A stretch of 64,000 nt of DNA from Amoebophrya sp. A120 (taxonomy: Eukaryota; Protista; Dinoflagellata), in assembly GCA_905178155.1 (NCBI GenBank), contig CAJINV010000018.1, forward strand, positions 316,479 through 380,478, given 5' to 3'. The notes under the pieces are model-generated. The model was not told the DNA's origin. It saw only the letters and a list, made by a program, of their open reading frames with translations, and did no database searches. The position numbers were made by a program, and so were the translations under genes. Below, in pieces: positions 63,701 through 64,000 of the stretch (position 1 is the first letter of the stretch; every line of letters begins with the position of its first letter).

Positions 63701-64000
63701 AGCCCACAATCTGCCCCTTCTCGTGCGACACGTAGGCGTTGAATTCCACATCCTGTATCGCAAGAAAAACGTGTTACAGTTACACATTGTGATGTTGCAG
63801 GCCAAGCAAGACAGACAAGCTCTGTCATGCCGGATATGCATAGGGGGCTCGTTATTTCATAGGTGTTTTCCCGTAGGATTTCGGCATTACAAGTTTTCTC
63901 ACTCATGCAGAGAAATTTGTGTTGCTGGATTCACTACAAATGTGTAACTGTAACAGTTTTTTCGTTGGATATCCTGGTACGCGATCTTATCCGCCCGTAG
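175..64000 (-). CDS. Giant multi-exon gene (about 115 exons, partial at both window ends); DUF3638/DUF3645-like P-loop NTPase protein with J-domain-like segment
   Basis: Segments between introners join in frame after removing element plus one 5-bp DR, e.g. DNSLKV|SLTDLKWEE...TALKKG|SEKADPERDFKSNSEVFS|FVYEQ...KRKEPE|NLSASSG across 764-2138. Motifs: YDPLVYPELILF..WPVQ (~31400), MGQGKT (~23060), DEGDNILHSRKQLNYPLG (~20870), AIPYKAADQP (~17110), FHPDK (~4195). Confidence 0.8.
764..1087. mobile_element. Introner family B (TIR TATCAAAAGGAAAAATCCCCCTCCCCATAT)
   Basis: DR tttca/tttca; frame restored. Confidence 0.9.
1242..1502. mobile_element. Introner family A (TIR TATCAAATGCAAAAATGTCTGGGTCTGGAA)
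   Basis: DR aagct/aagct; frame restored. Confidence 0.9.
1559..1778. mobile_element. Introner family C (TIR TATGAGAGTGCACAACTCCCCCTCCCCCTCATTTG)
   Basis: DR tctga/tctga; frame restored. Confidence 0.9.
1878..2138. mobile_element. Introner family A
   Basis: DR agact/agact; frame restored. Confidence 0.9.
2139..2704 (-). CDS. Exon of giant gene (acidic/low-complexity)
   Basis: ORF 2029..2688 core, bounded by introners. Confidence 0.8.
2705..2957. mobile_element. Introner family A
   Basis: DR gatgc/gatgc. Confidence 0.88.
3102..3318. mobile_element. Introner family C
   Basis: DR cccgc/accgg (imperfect); frame restored. Confidence 0.82.
3388..3648. mobile_element. Introner family A
   Basis: DR acact/acgct. 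Confidence 0.85.
3773..3925. mobile_element. Introner family D (TIR TATCCTGTGCAAAAGTATCGCACTCGTA)
   Basis: DR gtact/gtact. Confidence 0.88.
3926..4277 (-). CDS. Exon encoding DnaJ/J-domain-like segment
   Basis: SDIGRAFRLYSRDFHPDKL has the HPD motif after a basic helix. Confidence 0.7.
4278..4565. mobile_element. Introner family E (TIR TATCCTGAGTAAAAACGTCCCCACCCCAGAG)
   Basis: DR tcaca/tcaca. Confidence 0.88.
4649..4928. mobile_element. Introner family A (diverged)
   Basis: DR acgtc/acgtc. Confidence 0.85.
5003..5281. mobile_element. Introner family E
   Basis: DR agcca/aacca. Confidence 0.85.
5448..5955 (-). other. Probable canonical GT-AG intron containing an introner
   Basis: AAG|GTAGAA donor and CTACAG|GTC acceptor, both phase 0; AT-rich interior; skips an in-frame TAA. 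Confidence 0.55.
5669..5932. mobile_element. Introner family A (inside probable canonical intron)
   Basis: DR attta/attta. Confidence 0.88.
6051..6372. mobile_element. Introner family B
   Basis: DR cagcc/cagcc. Confidence 0.88.
6373..6777 (-). CDS. Exon of giant gene
   Basis: ORF 6313..6783 core between two family B introners. Confidence 0.8.
6778..7088. mobile_element. Introner family B
   Basis: DR gcgaa/gcgaa. Confidence 0.88.
7386..7647. mobile_element. Introner family A
   Basis: DR gcagt/tcggt (imperfect). Confidence 0.82.
7725..7948. mobile_element. Introner family C
   Basis: DR tgcag/tgcaa. Confidence 0.85.
7993..8315. mobile_element. Introner family B
   Basis: DR ccaca/ccaca. Confidence 0.88.
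8381..8528. mobile_element. Introner family D
   Basis: DR tgaag/tgaag. Confidence 0.88.
8762..9023. mobile_element. Introner family A
   Basis: DR gctcg/gctcg. Confidence 0.88.
9102..9517. mobile_element. Introner family A hosting a nested family D copy
   Basis: DR gggct/gggct; frame restored. Confidence 0.88.
9153..9301. mobile_element. Introner family D (nested)
   Basis: DR cgtga/cgtga. Confidence 0.9.
9518..9868 (-). CDS. Exon of giant gene
   Basis: ORF 9473..9868; joins KTLEEP|SRWTTFPEF across the nested introner. Confidence 0.8.
9869..10077. mobile_element. Introner family F (TIR TATGCAAGAAAAAAACT.TGT.AGTGTAA)
   Basis: DR tgcac/tgcac. Confidence 0.88.
10193..10426. mobile_element. 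Introner family G (TIR TATGGCGTTCTCAAATGTTACATTCTCA)
   Basis: DR tttcg/tttcc. Confidence 0.85.
10673..10817. mobile_element. Introner family D
   Basis: DR acatc/acatc. Confidence 0.88.
10863..11118. mobile_element. Introner family A
   Basis: DR tctct/tctct; inner part of right TIR deleted. Confidence 0.85.
11119..11617 (-). CDS. Exon of giant gene
   Basis: ORF 10910..11722 core. Confidence 0.8.
11618..11789. mobile_element. Introner family H (TIR TATCCCAGAGAAAAAAGCTGGCAGGGCATA)
   Basis: DR tcgta/tcgta; left end CAT. Confidence 0.85.
11790..12973 (-). CDS. Large exon of giant gene
   Basis: ORF 11753..12985 core, about 394 codons. Confidence 0.85.
12974..13122. mobile_element. Introner family D
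   Basis: DR acgac/acgaa. Confidence 0.85.
13167..13430. mobile_element. Introner family A
   Basis: DR tgatg/tgatg. Confidence 0.88.
13587..13849. mobile_element. Introner family A
   Basis: DR catag/cgtag. Confidence 0.85.
13930..14195. mobile_element. Introner family A
   Basis: DR acacg/aaacg. Confidence 0.85.
14480..14762. mobile_element. Introner family A (diverged)
   Basis: DR ggtac/cgtac. Confidence 0.82.
14811..15046. mobile_element. Introner family G
   Basis: DR cggga/cggga. Confidence 0.88.
15160..15481. mobile_element. Introner family B
   Basis: DR caaat/caaat. Confidence 0.88.
15719..15955. mobile_element. Introner family G
   Basis: DR ttttc/ttttc; opposite orientation to 14811 copy. 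Confidence 0.88.
16080..16343. mobile_element. Introner family A
   Basis: DR gtcat/gtcat. Confidence 0.88.
16415..16567. mobile_element. Introner family D
   Basis: DR tcttt/tcttt. Confidence 0.88.
16610..16875. mobile_element. Introner family A
   Basis: DR agcat/agcat. Confidence 0.88.
16876..17246 (-). CDS. Exon with DUF3645-like motif
   Basis: GKDAGWSIEDESLEAAIPYKAADQP resembles the AVPxxAKDxP motif; recognised by eye, no HMM run. Confidence 0.65.
17247..17490. mobile_element. Introner family A
   Basis: DR cgctt/cgctt. Confidence 0.88.
17714..18020. mobile_element. Introner family I (TIR TATTACAATGAAAAATGCCCCC)
   Basis: DR gtcag/gtcag. Confidence 0.88.
18056..18343. mobile_element. Introner family E
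   Basis: DR agagt/agatt. Confidence 0.85.
18396..18566. mobile_element. Introner family D (diverged)
   Basis: DR degenerate caccc/gatcg; frame still fits removal of 5 extra nt. Confidence 0.75.
18752..19019. mobile_element. Introner family A
   Basis: DR cctct/cctct. Confidence 0.88.
19087..19371. mobile_element. Introner family E
   Basis: DR cccga/tccga. Confidence 0.85.
19593..19801. mobile_element. Introner family J (TIR TATCGCAAGAAAAAACTGTTTCACTGTAA)
   Basis: DR aaatt/aaatt; left end TGT. Confidence 0.85.
19865..20131. mobile_element. Introner family A
   Basis: DR cagcg/cagcg. Confidence 0.88.
20488..20644. mobile_element. Introner family D
   Basis: DR tctgc/tctgc. Confidence 0.88.
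20645..21235 (-). CDS. Exon with Walker B-like motif
   Basis: HTVMIGDEGDNILHSRKQLNYPLG, DUF3638-like. Confidence 0.75.
21236..21568. mobile_element. Introner family B
   Basis: DR gaagt/gaagt; left end TCT. Confidence 0.85.
21658..21922. mobile_element. Introner family A
   Basis: DR attcg/attcg. Confidence 0.88.
21992..22141. mobile_element. Introner family D
   Basis: DR tcgga/tcgga. Confidence 0.88.
22194..22482. mobile_element. Introner family E
   Basis: DR ttcga/ttcga. Confidence 0.88.
22483..23190 (-). CDS. Exon with Walker A-like motif
   Basis: AAQVAMGQGKTSVMTPLL, DUF3638-like MGxGKT. Confidence 0.8.
23191..23459. mobile_element. Introner family A
   Basis: DR ctcgc/ctcgc. Confidence 0.88.
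23581..23844. mobile_element. Introner family A
   Basis: DR gatct/aacct (imperfect). Confidence 0.82.
23915..24176. mobile_element. Introner family A
   Basis: DR tccag/tccag. Confidence 0.88.
24177..24654 (-). CDS. Exon of giant gene
   Basis: ORF 24139..24807 core. Confidence 0.8.
24655..24906. mobile_element. Introner family A
   Basis: DR tgcag/tgcag; left end CAT. Confidence 0.85.
24907..25657 (-). CDS. Exon of giant gene
   Basis: ORF 24771..25586 core. Confidence 0.8.
25658..25942. mobile_element. Introner family E
   Basis: DR gagtc/gcgtt (imperfect). Confidence 0.82.
25943..26402 (-). CDS. Exon following canonical AG acceptor
   Basis: DKQR|YKRALEQIAG...VIFGTRLR is in frame with the exon ending at 27996. 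Confidence 0.75.
26403..27995 (-). other. Canonical GT-AG intron containing 141-bp satellite
   Basis: CAGAG|GTAGTA donor and TTATCAG|GTAC acceptor; frame preserved. Confidence 0.75.
26450..27935. repeat. Tandem repeat, 141-bp unit, about 10.5 copies
   Basis: GAGAACGTTCTC recurs at 26579, 26720, 26861, 27002 and onward; central copies near-identical, edge copies diverged. Confidence 0.95.
27996..28504 (-). CDS. Exon ending at canonical GT donor
   Basis: ORF 27992..28747 core; its TAG lies inside the GTAG donor. Confidence 0.75.
28505..28783. mobile_element. Introner family E
   Basis: DR ctcgg/ctcgg. Confidence 0.88.
28817..29086. mobile_element. Introner family A
   Basis: DR gctgc/gctgc. 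Confidence 0.88.
29228..29449. mobile_element. Introner family C
   Basis: DR cccgg/tccgg. Confidence 0.85.
29514..29792. mobile_element. Introner family E
   Basis: DR atttc/gtttc. Confidence 0.85.
29793..30237 (-). CDS. Exon of giant gene
   Basis: ORF 29785..30393 core. Confidence 0.8.
30238..30486. mobile_element. Introner family A (distinct interior)
   Basis: DR tggat/tggat. Confidence 0.88.
30543..30823. mobile_element. Introner family E
   Basis: DR acatc/acatc. Confidence 0.88.
30824..32017 (-). CDS. Large exon; contains DUF3638 N-terminal-like YDPLVYPELILF...WPVQ
   Basis: ORF 30715..32025 core, about 398 codons. Confidence 0.85.
32018..32227. mobile_element. Introner family J
   Basis: DR gtaag/ggaag. 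Confidence 0.85.
32309..32571. mobile_element. Introner family A
   Basis: DR attgc/agtgt (imperfect); frame restored. Confidence 0.82.
32615..32902. mobile_element. Introner family E
   Basis: DR gggct/gagcg (imperfect, synonymous). Confidence 0.82.
32991..33246. mobile_element. Introner family A
   Basis: DR tgcac/tgcac. Confidence 0.88.
33341..33549. mobile_element. Introner family F
   Basis: DR gtcgt/atcgt. Confidence 0.85.
33639..33910. mobile_element. Introner family A
   Basis: DR cagct/cagct. Confidence 0.88.
33943..34222. mobile_element. Introner family E
   Basis: DR gacga/gacga. Confidence 0.88.
34271..34415. mobile_element. Introner family D
   Basis: DR aactc/aactc. Confidence 0.88.
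34446..34730. mobile_element. Introner family A (old, diverged)
   Basis: DR caatc/aaatc. Confidence 0.8.
34818..35147. mobile_element. Introner family B
   Basis: DR gtttt/gtttt. Confidence 0.88.
35201..35469. mobile_element. Introner family A
   Basis: DR gagtc/tagtc. Confidence 0.85.
35528..35676. mobile_element. Introner family D
   Basis: DR ctgca/ctgca. Confidence 0.88.
35703..35912. mobile_element. Introner family F
   Basis: DR ccaac/ccaac. Confidence 0.88.
35981..36294. mobile_element. Introner family B
   Basis: DR cgggg/tgggg. Confidence 0.85.
36630..36891. mobile_element. Introner family A
   Basis: DR tgctg/tgctg. Confidence 0.88.
37133..37402. mobile_element. Introner family A
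   Basis: DR tcttc/tcttc. Confidence 0.88.
37403..38002 (-). CDS. Exon of giant gene (PK-rich linker)
   Basis: ORF 37336..37995 core. Confidence 0.8.
38003..38225. mobile_element. Introner family F
   Basis: DR aggat/aagat. Confidence 0.85.
38345..38571. mobile_element. Introner family C
   Basis: DR tgggc/tgggc. Confidence 0.88.
38615..38882. mobile_element. Introner family A
   Basis: DR ccgac/ccgac. Confidence 0.88.
38883..39851 (-). CDS. Large exon of giant gene
   Basis: ORF 38714..39898 core. Confidence 0.85.
39852..40117. mobile_element. Introner family A (diverged)
   Basis: DR tcaca/tcgca. Confidence 0.83.
40166..40711. mobile_element. Introner family D expanded by internal insertion
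   Basis: DR gcgga/gcgga; frame restored (WHFR|FSRPM). Confidence 0.85.
40213..40498. mobile_element. Unclassified ~290-bp insertion inside a family D introner
   Basis: Flanked by 9-bp direct repeat GCAATTCTT (40204-40212, 40499-40507). Confidence 0.5.
40712..41042 (-). CDS. Exon downstream of the LTR-containing intron
   Basis: KKFPGV|FGFLPRAC joins in frame with exon 48334-48391. Confidence 0.8.
41218..41574 (-). repeat. 3' LTR
   Basis: About 6 mismatches to 47834-48190 by eye. Confidence 0.95.
41575..41587 (-). other. Polypurine tract (GGAGACGGGGGAA)
   Basis: Directly precedes the 3' LTR on the minus strand. Confidence 0.8.
42216..44945 (-). CDS. pol: Copia-type reverse transcriptase plus RNase H
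   Basis: KARWVVRGFQD, DIETAFL, LYGLIDAPERW, FVDDLL, FSDSSF, NIADELT. Confidence 0.92.
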   Translation of the reverse strand, partial: YSEVDRAWLGTKIIGLEEGHAGRPIYLLYGKSTGYHVRKSGSQLRVIPSLEFSAHPIYQHYARQQAAKALPNSSAVPKEGAPHSVAKAKSVSHAQVLNPHAHANLQSESQSIHFSKNASISSSSNSPNVADQHASTTTTSTTSTKNLSVPQGAEAPKAKAQAPPKAKAKAPPQAPESPPATSEEEEDEEPDPRTLRAERRRREREARWAHAFLAAESGGDISFSLDESQKDLLSRLTKERYEHHSGHRVIVDKGQEVFQFFAAQTSREIALMKINKNCYTVKSDLNWKKRYDVFHFVLTKDGFFSRKKHGDKVSGYDFVFSLACLRRVDLPSVTLSLKPEEIKSGNVEVSYNFLIDHGLQPEAFKALNKETGSIKDNDVYELPQGNVDQSRVMESRIVWTLKIDTIKGTLKRVKARWVVRGFQDPRKGSEDIRTDSSMISEAGLKTFLVFSKQHGLDIGSGDIETAFLRGFYFDPNDKPLYITVPAAVRKCKIIEAPVIRLKKCLYGLIDAPERWQAALFKRLKELCAWSVTADQNLLYFVVDQNSNLIPPPRPVYTESTAAQIQSDPTFRHEPPQGGRIIGTMCVFVDDLLYSGGELFKKLVLAPLEETFSFGSKEDLTFSNPVNYVGQKLALNTDHSFRLSQEHYTSKIVEIPIPHGVDVESCEPFTVKNKDGKCPYRALIGNLRWATRSRPDIACPLSILSSVMEHPTWSDVHKLNKVARTVAHRLDFSTNFFELQGPLQLVSFSDSSFKGRPDGESQTGFVIFLSEMTPGPSRRAIPMRWQSIKQARRSSSPAGSELLALRGAHADAKYLQGMLVEVGILDASTPILCLTDSTDNVSTAGTTHKMKRETNLMSDAAMLRQEQKEKLIDVRHIPREINIADELTHMSSYPRMIIKAFATGRIQVSA
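44946..45908 (-). CDS. pol: Retrotransposon integrase (rve) segment
   Basis: WMALD...ADPGRQF...ENGICER DDE core; same frame as flanking ORFs, bounded by single TAA codons. Confidence 0.85.
   Translation of the reverse strand, partial: GSGARILESLYKKYLSSTGKPDTPQRQDKFATSFAILESKGFPDKDSSGIVSWRILSDVEALAMARMIATTMARTRYAPRRPRAATFVSTKVGEWMALDIYYYSQSVFLGAPKENEMLHAIDLHSRYSRGHKPPSKNVKTADVITFLKELKEKGFLPRNLMADPGRQFISTELRDFCKQEGVSLHLLPSEEHWENGICERSHKVFREVTFRLRRLGNTRNGTELLKKVINAVNLQSSSVLPDKISPFEAEFCRTPSNVRTFLDQQTEQIPEKSSFLEEFRERLQIRQMLEQVAVDKEFLKRLEVRRKPKEDELIPGAAVE
45909..47468 (-). CDS. gag: Retrotransposon Gag plus aspartic protease
   Basis: 519 aa; GKGK-rich basic region; AVDTGCASSLVG protease motif. 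Confidence 0.85.
   Translation of the reverse strand: MFNPFDSGAEYPPPPHPTGHHAAGPSPMAGETQPITPEEFRETMRRLGQLTQMIEPIARHLLGQANTAGTTPPQPGNAMPNMQAPATASPPLSRWDYQKAAPKLQELGQFNAYSRDLVGYLSNLRKYGIEESLGLPQIKQAISLQAVHTHLATPTVAESLTYDTMLEQIREALFGDLQMHLFSEVCRLVERNSDTGDLVTARARFQQSAQALAHLPREEFLGLLYLRSFGLTQLQTGQILGASASYAFKDIDKQVVKCLASFAGREESATAAAGKGKQRWYGNYANYRGLTYGASSSSSGAHHGKPSGKNNSKAKGKTYTPYRPGPGKGKGGKSRFGWKGKSSRYAAGAVGEDDEYENDYPYEEWDGEYDHNDDYDYYPEEEQEQPKEEQETEKVSAAFLSFESPQSMAVDTGCASSLVGQETLDASKLAYDLQEACPVKFAFADGNNSTSTQKAACFVFGASRTFRVVQGATPFLLGCSDLEAVDVVNKTCKLKNCKTPMQLQKEKGILVVKGDQTCV
47821..47833 (-). other. Primer binding site (TGGTAGCGGATTT), probably initiator tRNA-Met
   Basis: TGG directly after the 5' LTR; TGGTAGCG matches the start of the Ty1-type tRNAiMet PBS. 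Confidence 0.75.
47834..48190 (-). repeat. 5' LTR
   Basis: Direct repeat of 41218-41574. Confidence 0.95.
48392..48643. mobile_element. Introner family A
   Basis: DR acctc/accca (imperfect). Confidence 0.82.
48734..49046. mobile_element. Introner family E (diverged)
   Basis: DR acccg/actcg. Confidence 0.82.
49111..49373. mobile_element. Introner family E
   Basis: DR degenerate tcttg/tccat; frame fits (AAME|KLEAV). Confidence 0.8.
49516..49672. mobile_element. Introner family D
   Basis: DR tttgc/tttgc. Confidence 0.88.
49739..49955. mobile_element. Introner family K (TIR TATCGCGAGAAAAAAGTGTTACAGTTAC)
   Basis: DR tggaa/tggaa. Confidence 0.88.
50029..50338. mobile_element. Introner family I
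   Basis: DR ctcac/ctcac. Confidence 0.88.
50505..50827. mobile_element. Introner family B
   Basis: DR gcaaa/gcaaa. Confidence 0.88.
50919..51197. mobile_element. Introner family E
   Basis: DR tcatc/tcatc. Confidence 0.88.
51264..51556. mobile_element. Introner family I
   Basis: DR tgccc/tgccc. Confidence 0.88.
51750..52002. mobile_element. Introner family A
   Basis: DR tttta/ttctg (imperfect). Confidence 0.8.
52049..52201. mobile_element. Introner family D
   Basis: DR aaact/aaact. Confidence 0.88.
52264..52552. mobile_element. Introner family E
   Basis: DR cgcgt/cgcgt. Confidence 0.88.
52614..52875. mobile_element. Introner family A
   Basis: DR aggcg/aggcg. Confidence 0.88.
52876..53986 (-). 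CDS. Large exon of giant gene
   Basis: ORF 52661..54130 core; RLFDT|MKLKQF joins across 53987-55972. Confidence 0.85.
54190..54625. repeat. About 96-bp hairpin-forming minisatellite (4 good copies plus degenerate ones)
   Basis: CCTAGGTCATGGCGCGGGGACAGAGTCCCCGCGCTGACCTAGG near 54264, 54359, 54456, 54564. Confidence 0.9.
55490..55775. repeat. G-rich (GGGGTGTGTCT/G)n 11-bp minisatellite
   Basis: Two tracts, each followed by CCACTTTGCATACCCCAGAACA. Confidence 0.9.
56029..56263. mobile_element. Introner family A
   Basis: DR ttctg/ttctg. Confidence 0.88.
56333..56551. mobile_element. Introner family C
   Basis: DR tcttc/tcttc. Confidence 0.88.
56590..56854. mobile_element. Introner family A
   Basis: DR gcttc/gcttc. 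Confidence 0.88.
57161..57305. mobile_element. Introner family D
   Basis: DR ctgca/ctgca. Confidence 0.88.
57582..57765. mobile_element. Introner family H
   Basis: DR ccgat/tcgat. Confidence 0.85.
57973..58232. mobile_element. Introner family A
   Basis: DR tcgcg/tcgcg. Confidence 0.88.
58271..58598. mobile_element. Introner family B
   Basis: DR tcgca/tcgca. Confidence 0.88.
58655..58930. mobile_element. Introner family A
   Basis: DR cctcc/cctcc. Confidence 0.88.
58931..59607 (-). CDS. Exon of giant gene with Cys-rich patch
   Basis: ORF 58770..59687 core (CWQF..CMH..FCGACD..GACCR). Confidence 0.8.
59608..59754. mobile_element. Introner family D
   Basis: DR tttca/tttca. Confidence 0.88.
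59811..60022. mobile_element. Introner family M (singleton, weak TIR)
   Basis: TAT...ATA ends; DR tctcc/tctcc; internal GCAT(C/T)ACA motifs. Confidence 0.8.
60095..60357. mobile_element. Introner family A
   Basis: DR gcagg/cccgg (imperfect); right tip of D/E type (GCACAGGATA). Confidence 0.8.
60409..60668. mobile_element. Introner family L (TIR TATAACCCGCTCAGGTGTTACAA; singleton)
   Basis: DR agcca/agcca. Confidence 0.85.
60891..61205. mobile_element. Introner family B (diverged)
   Basis: DR ggaac/ggaac. Confidence 0.85.
61282..61562. mobile_element. Introner family E
   Basis: DR cggtg/cggtg. Confidence 0.88.
61755..61975. mobile_element. Introner family F
   Basis: DR ctatg/ctatg; right end ACA. 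Confidence 0.85.
62148..62406. mobile_element. Introner family A
   Basis: DR gcgat/gcgat. Confidence 0.88.
62443..62591. mobile_element. Introner family D
   Basis: DR gcaaa/gcaaa. Confidence 0.88.
62816..62965. mobile_element. Introner family D
   Basis: DR aacat/agcgt (imperfect). Confidence 0.82.
62966..63755 (-). CDS. Exon of giant gene
   Basis: ORF 62940..63749 core. Confidence 0.8.
63756..63971. mobile_element. Introner family K
   Basis: DR tcctg/tcctg. Confidence 0.88.

Noticed and set aside
63-63947. Hundreds of short ORFs sharing peptides such as FQTQTFLHLI, KCKNVWVWK, KMSGSGR and KNPPSPY
   Set aside because: They are translations of introner TIRs in various frames, not a repeat-protein family.
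764-63971. Repeat/unique alternation resembling a CRISPR array or integron cassette array
   Set aside because: Repeats are 145-335 bp from many families with TSDs, the unique parts are in-frame exons of 26-1,200 bp, and no cas or integron integrase genes are present.
175-64000. Reassigned stop codons in the host gene
   Set aside because: Exons of about 400 codons are stop-free in the standard code and use CAA/CAG and TGG normally; the stops I examined fall inside introns or elements.

Overview
This is eukaryotic DNA, most consistent with a syndinian dinoflagellate such as Amoebophrya; that assignment is inferred from intron architecture. Almost the whole window is part of one giant minus-strand protein-coding gene with no start or stop seen, roughly 25 kb of exon and about 8,000 aa by estimate. 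It carries DUF3638/DUF3645-like P-loop motifs and a J-domain-like HPD motif. About 115 short (145-335 bp) MITE-like 'introner' elements of about 13 families interrupt it. Each has TAT...ATA terminal inverted repeats and a 5-bp flanking direct repeat (DR), and the borders examined are not GT-AG. Removing one element plus one DR copy restored the reading frame at every exon-flanked junction I translated by hand (about 20). Elements occur in both orientations, and the families share an internal TTGT(C/G/A)ATGC motif. Larger insertions sit inside introns: a 7-kb Ty1/copia LTR retrotransposon (41218-48190), a 1.8-kb Helitron-like insert with hairpin minisatellites (54043-55875), a ~290-bp insert, an introner nested in an introner, and a 141-bp satellite in one of two canonical GT-AG introns. 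Most short ORFs in the supplied track are translations of the repeats. Coordinates were read by eye and may be off by 1-2 nt.
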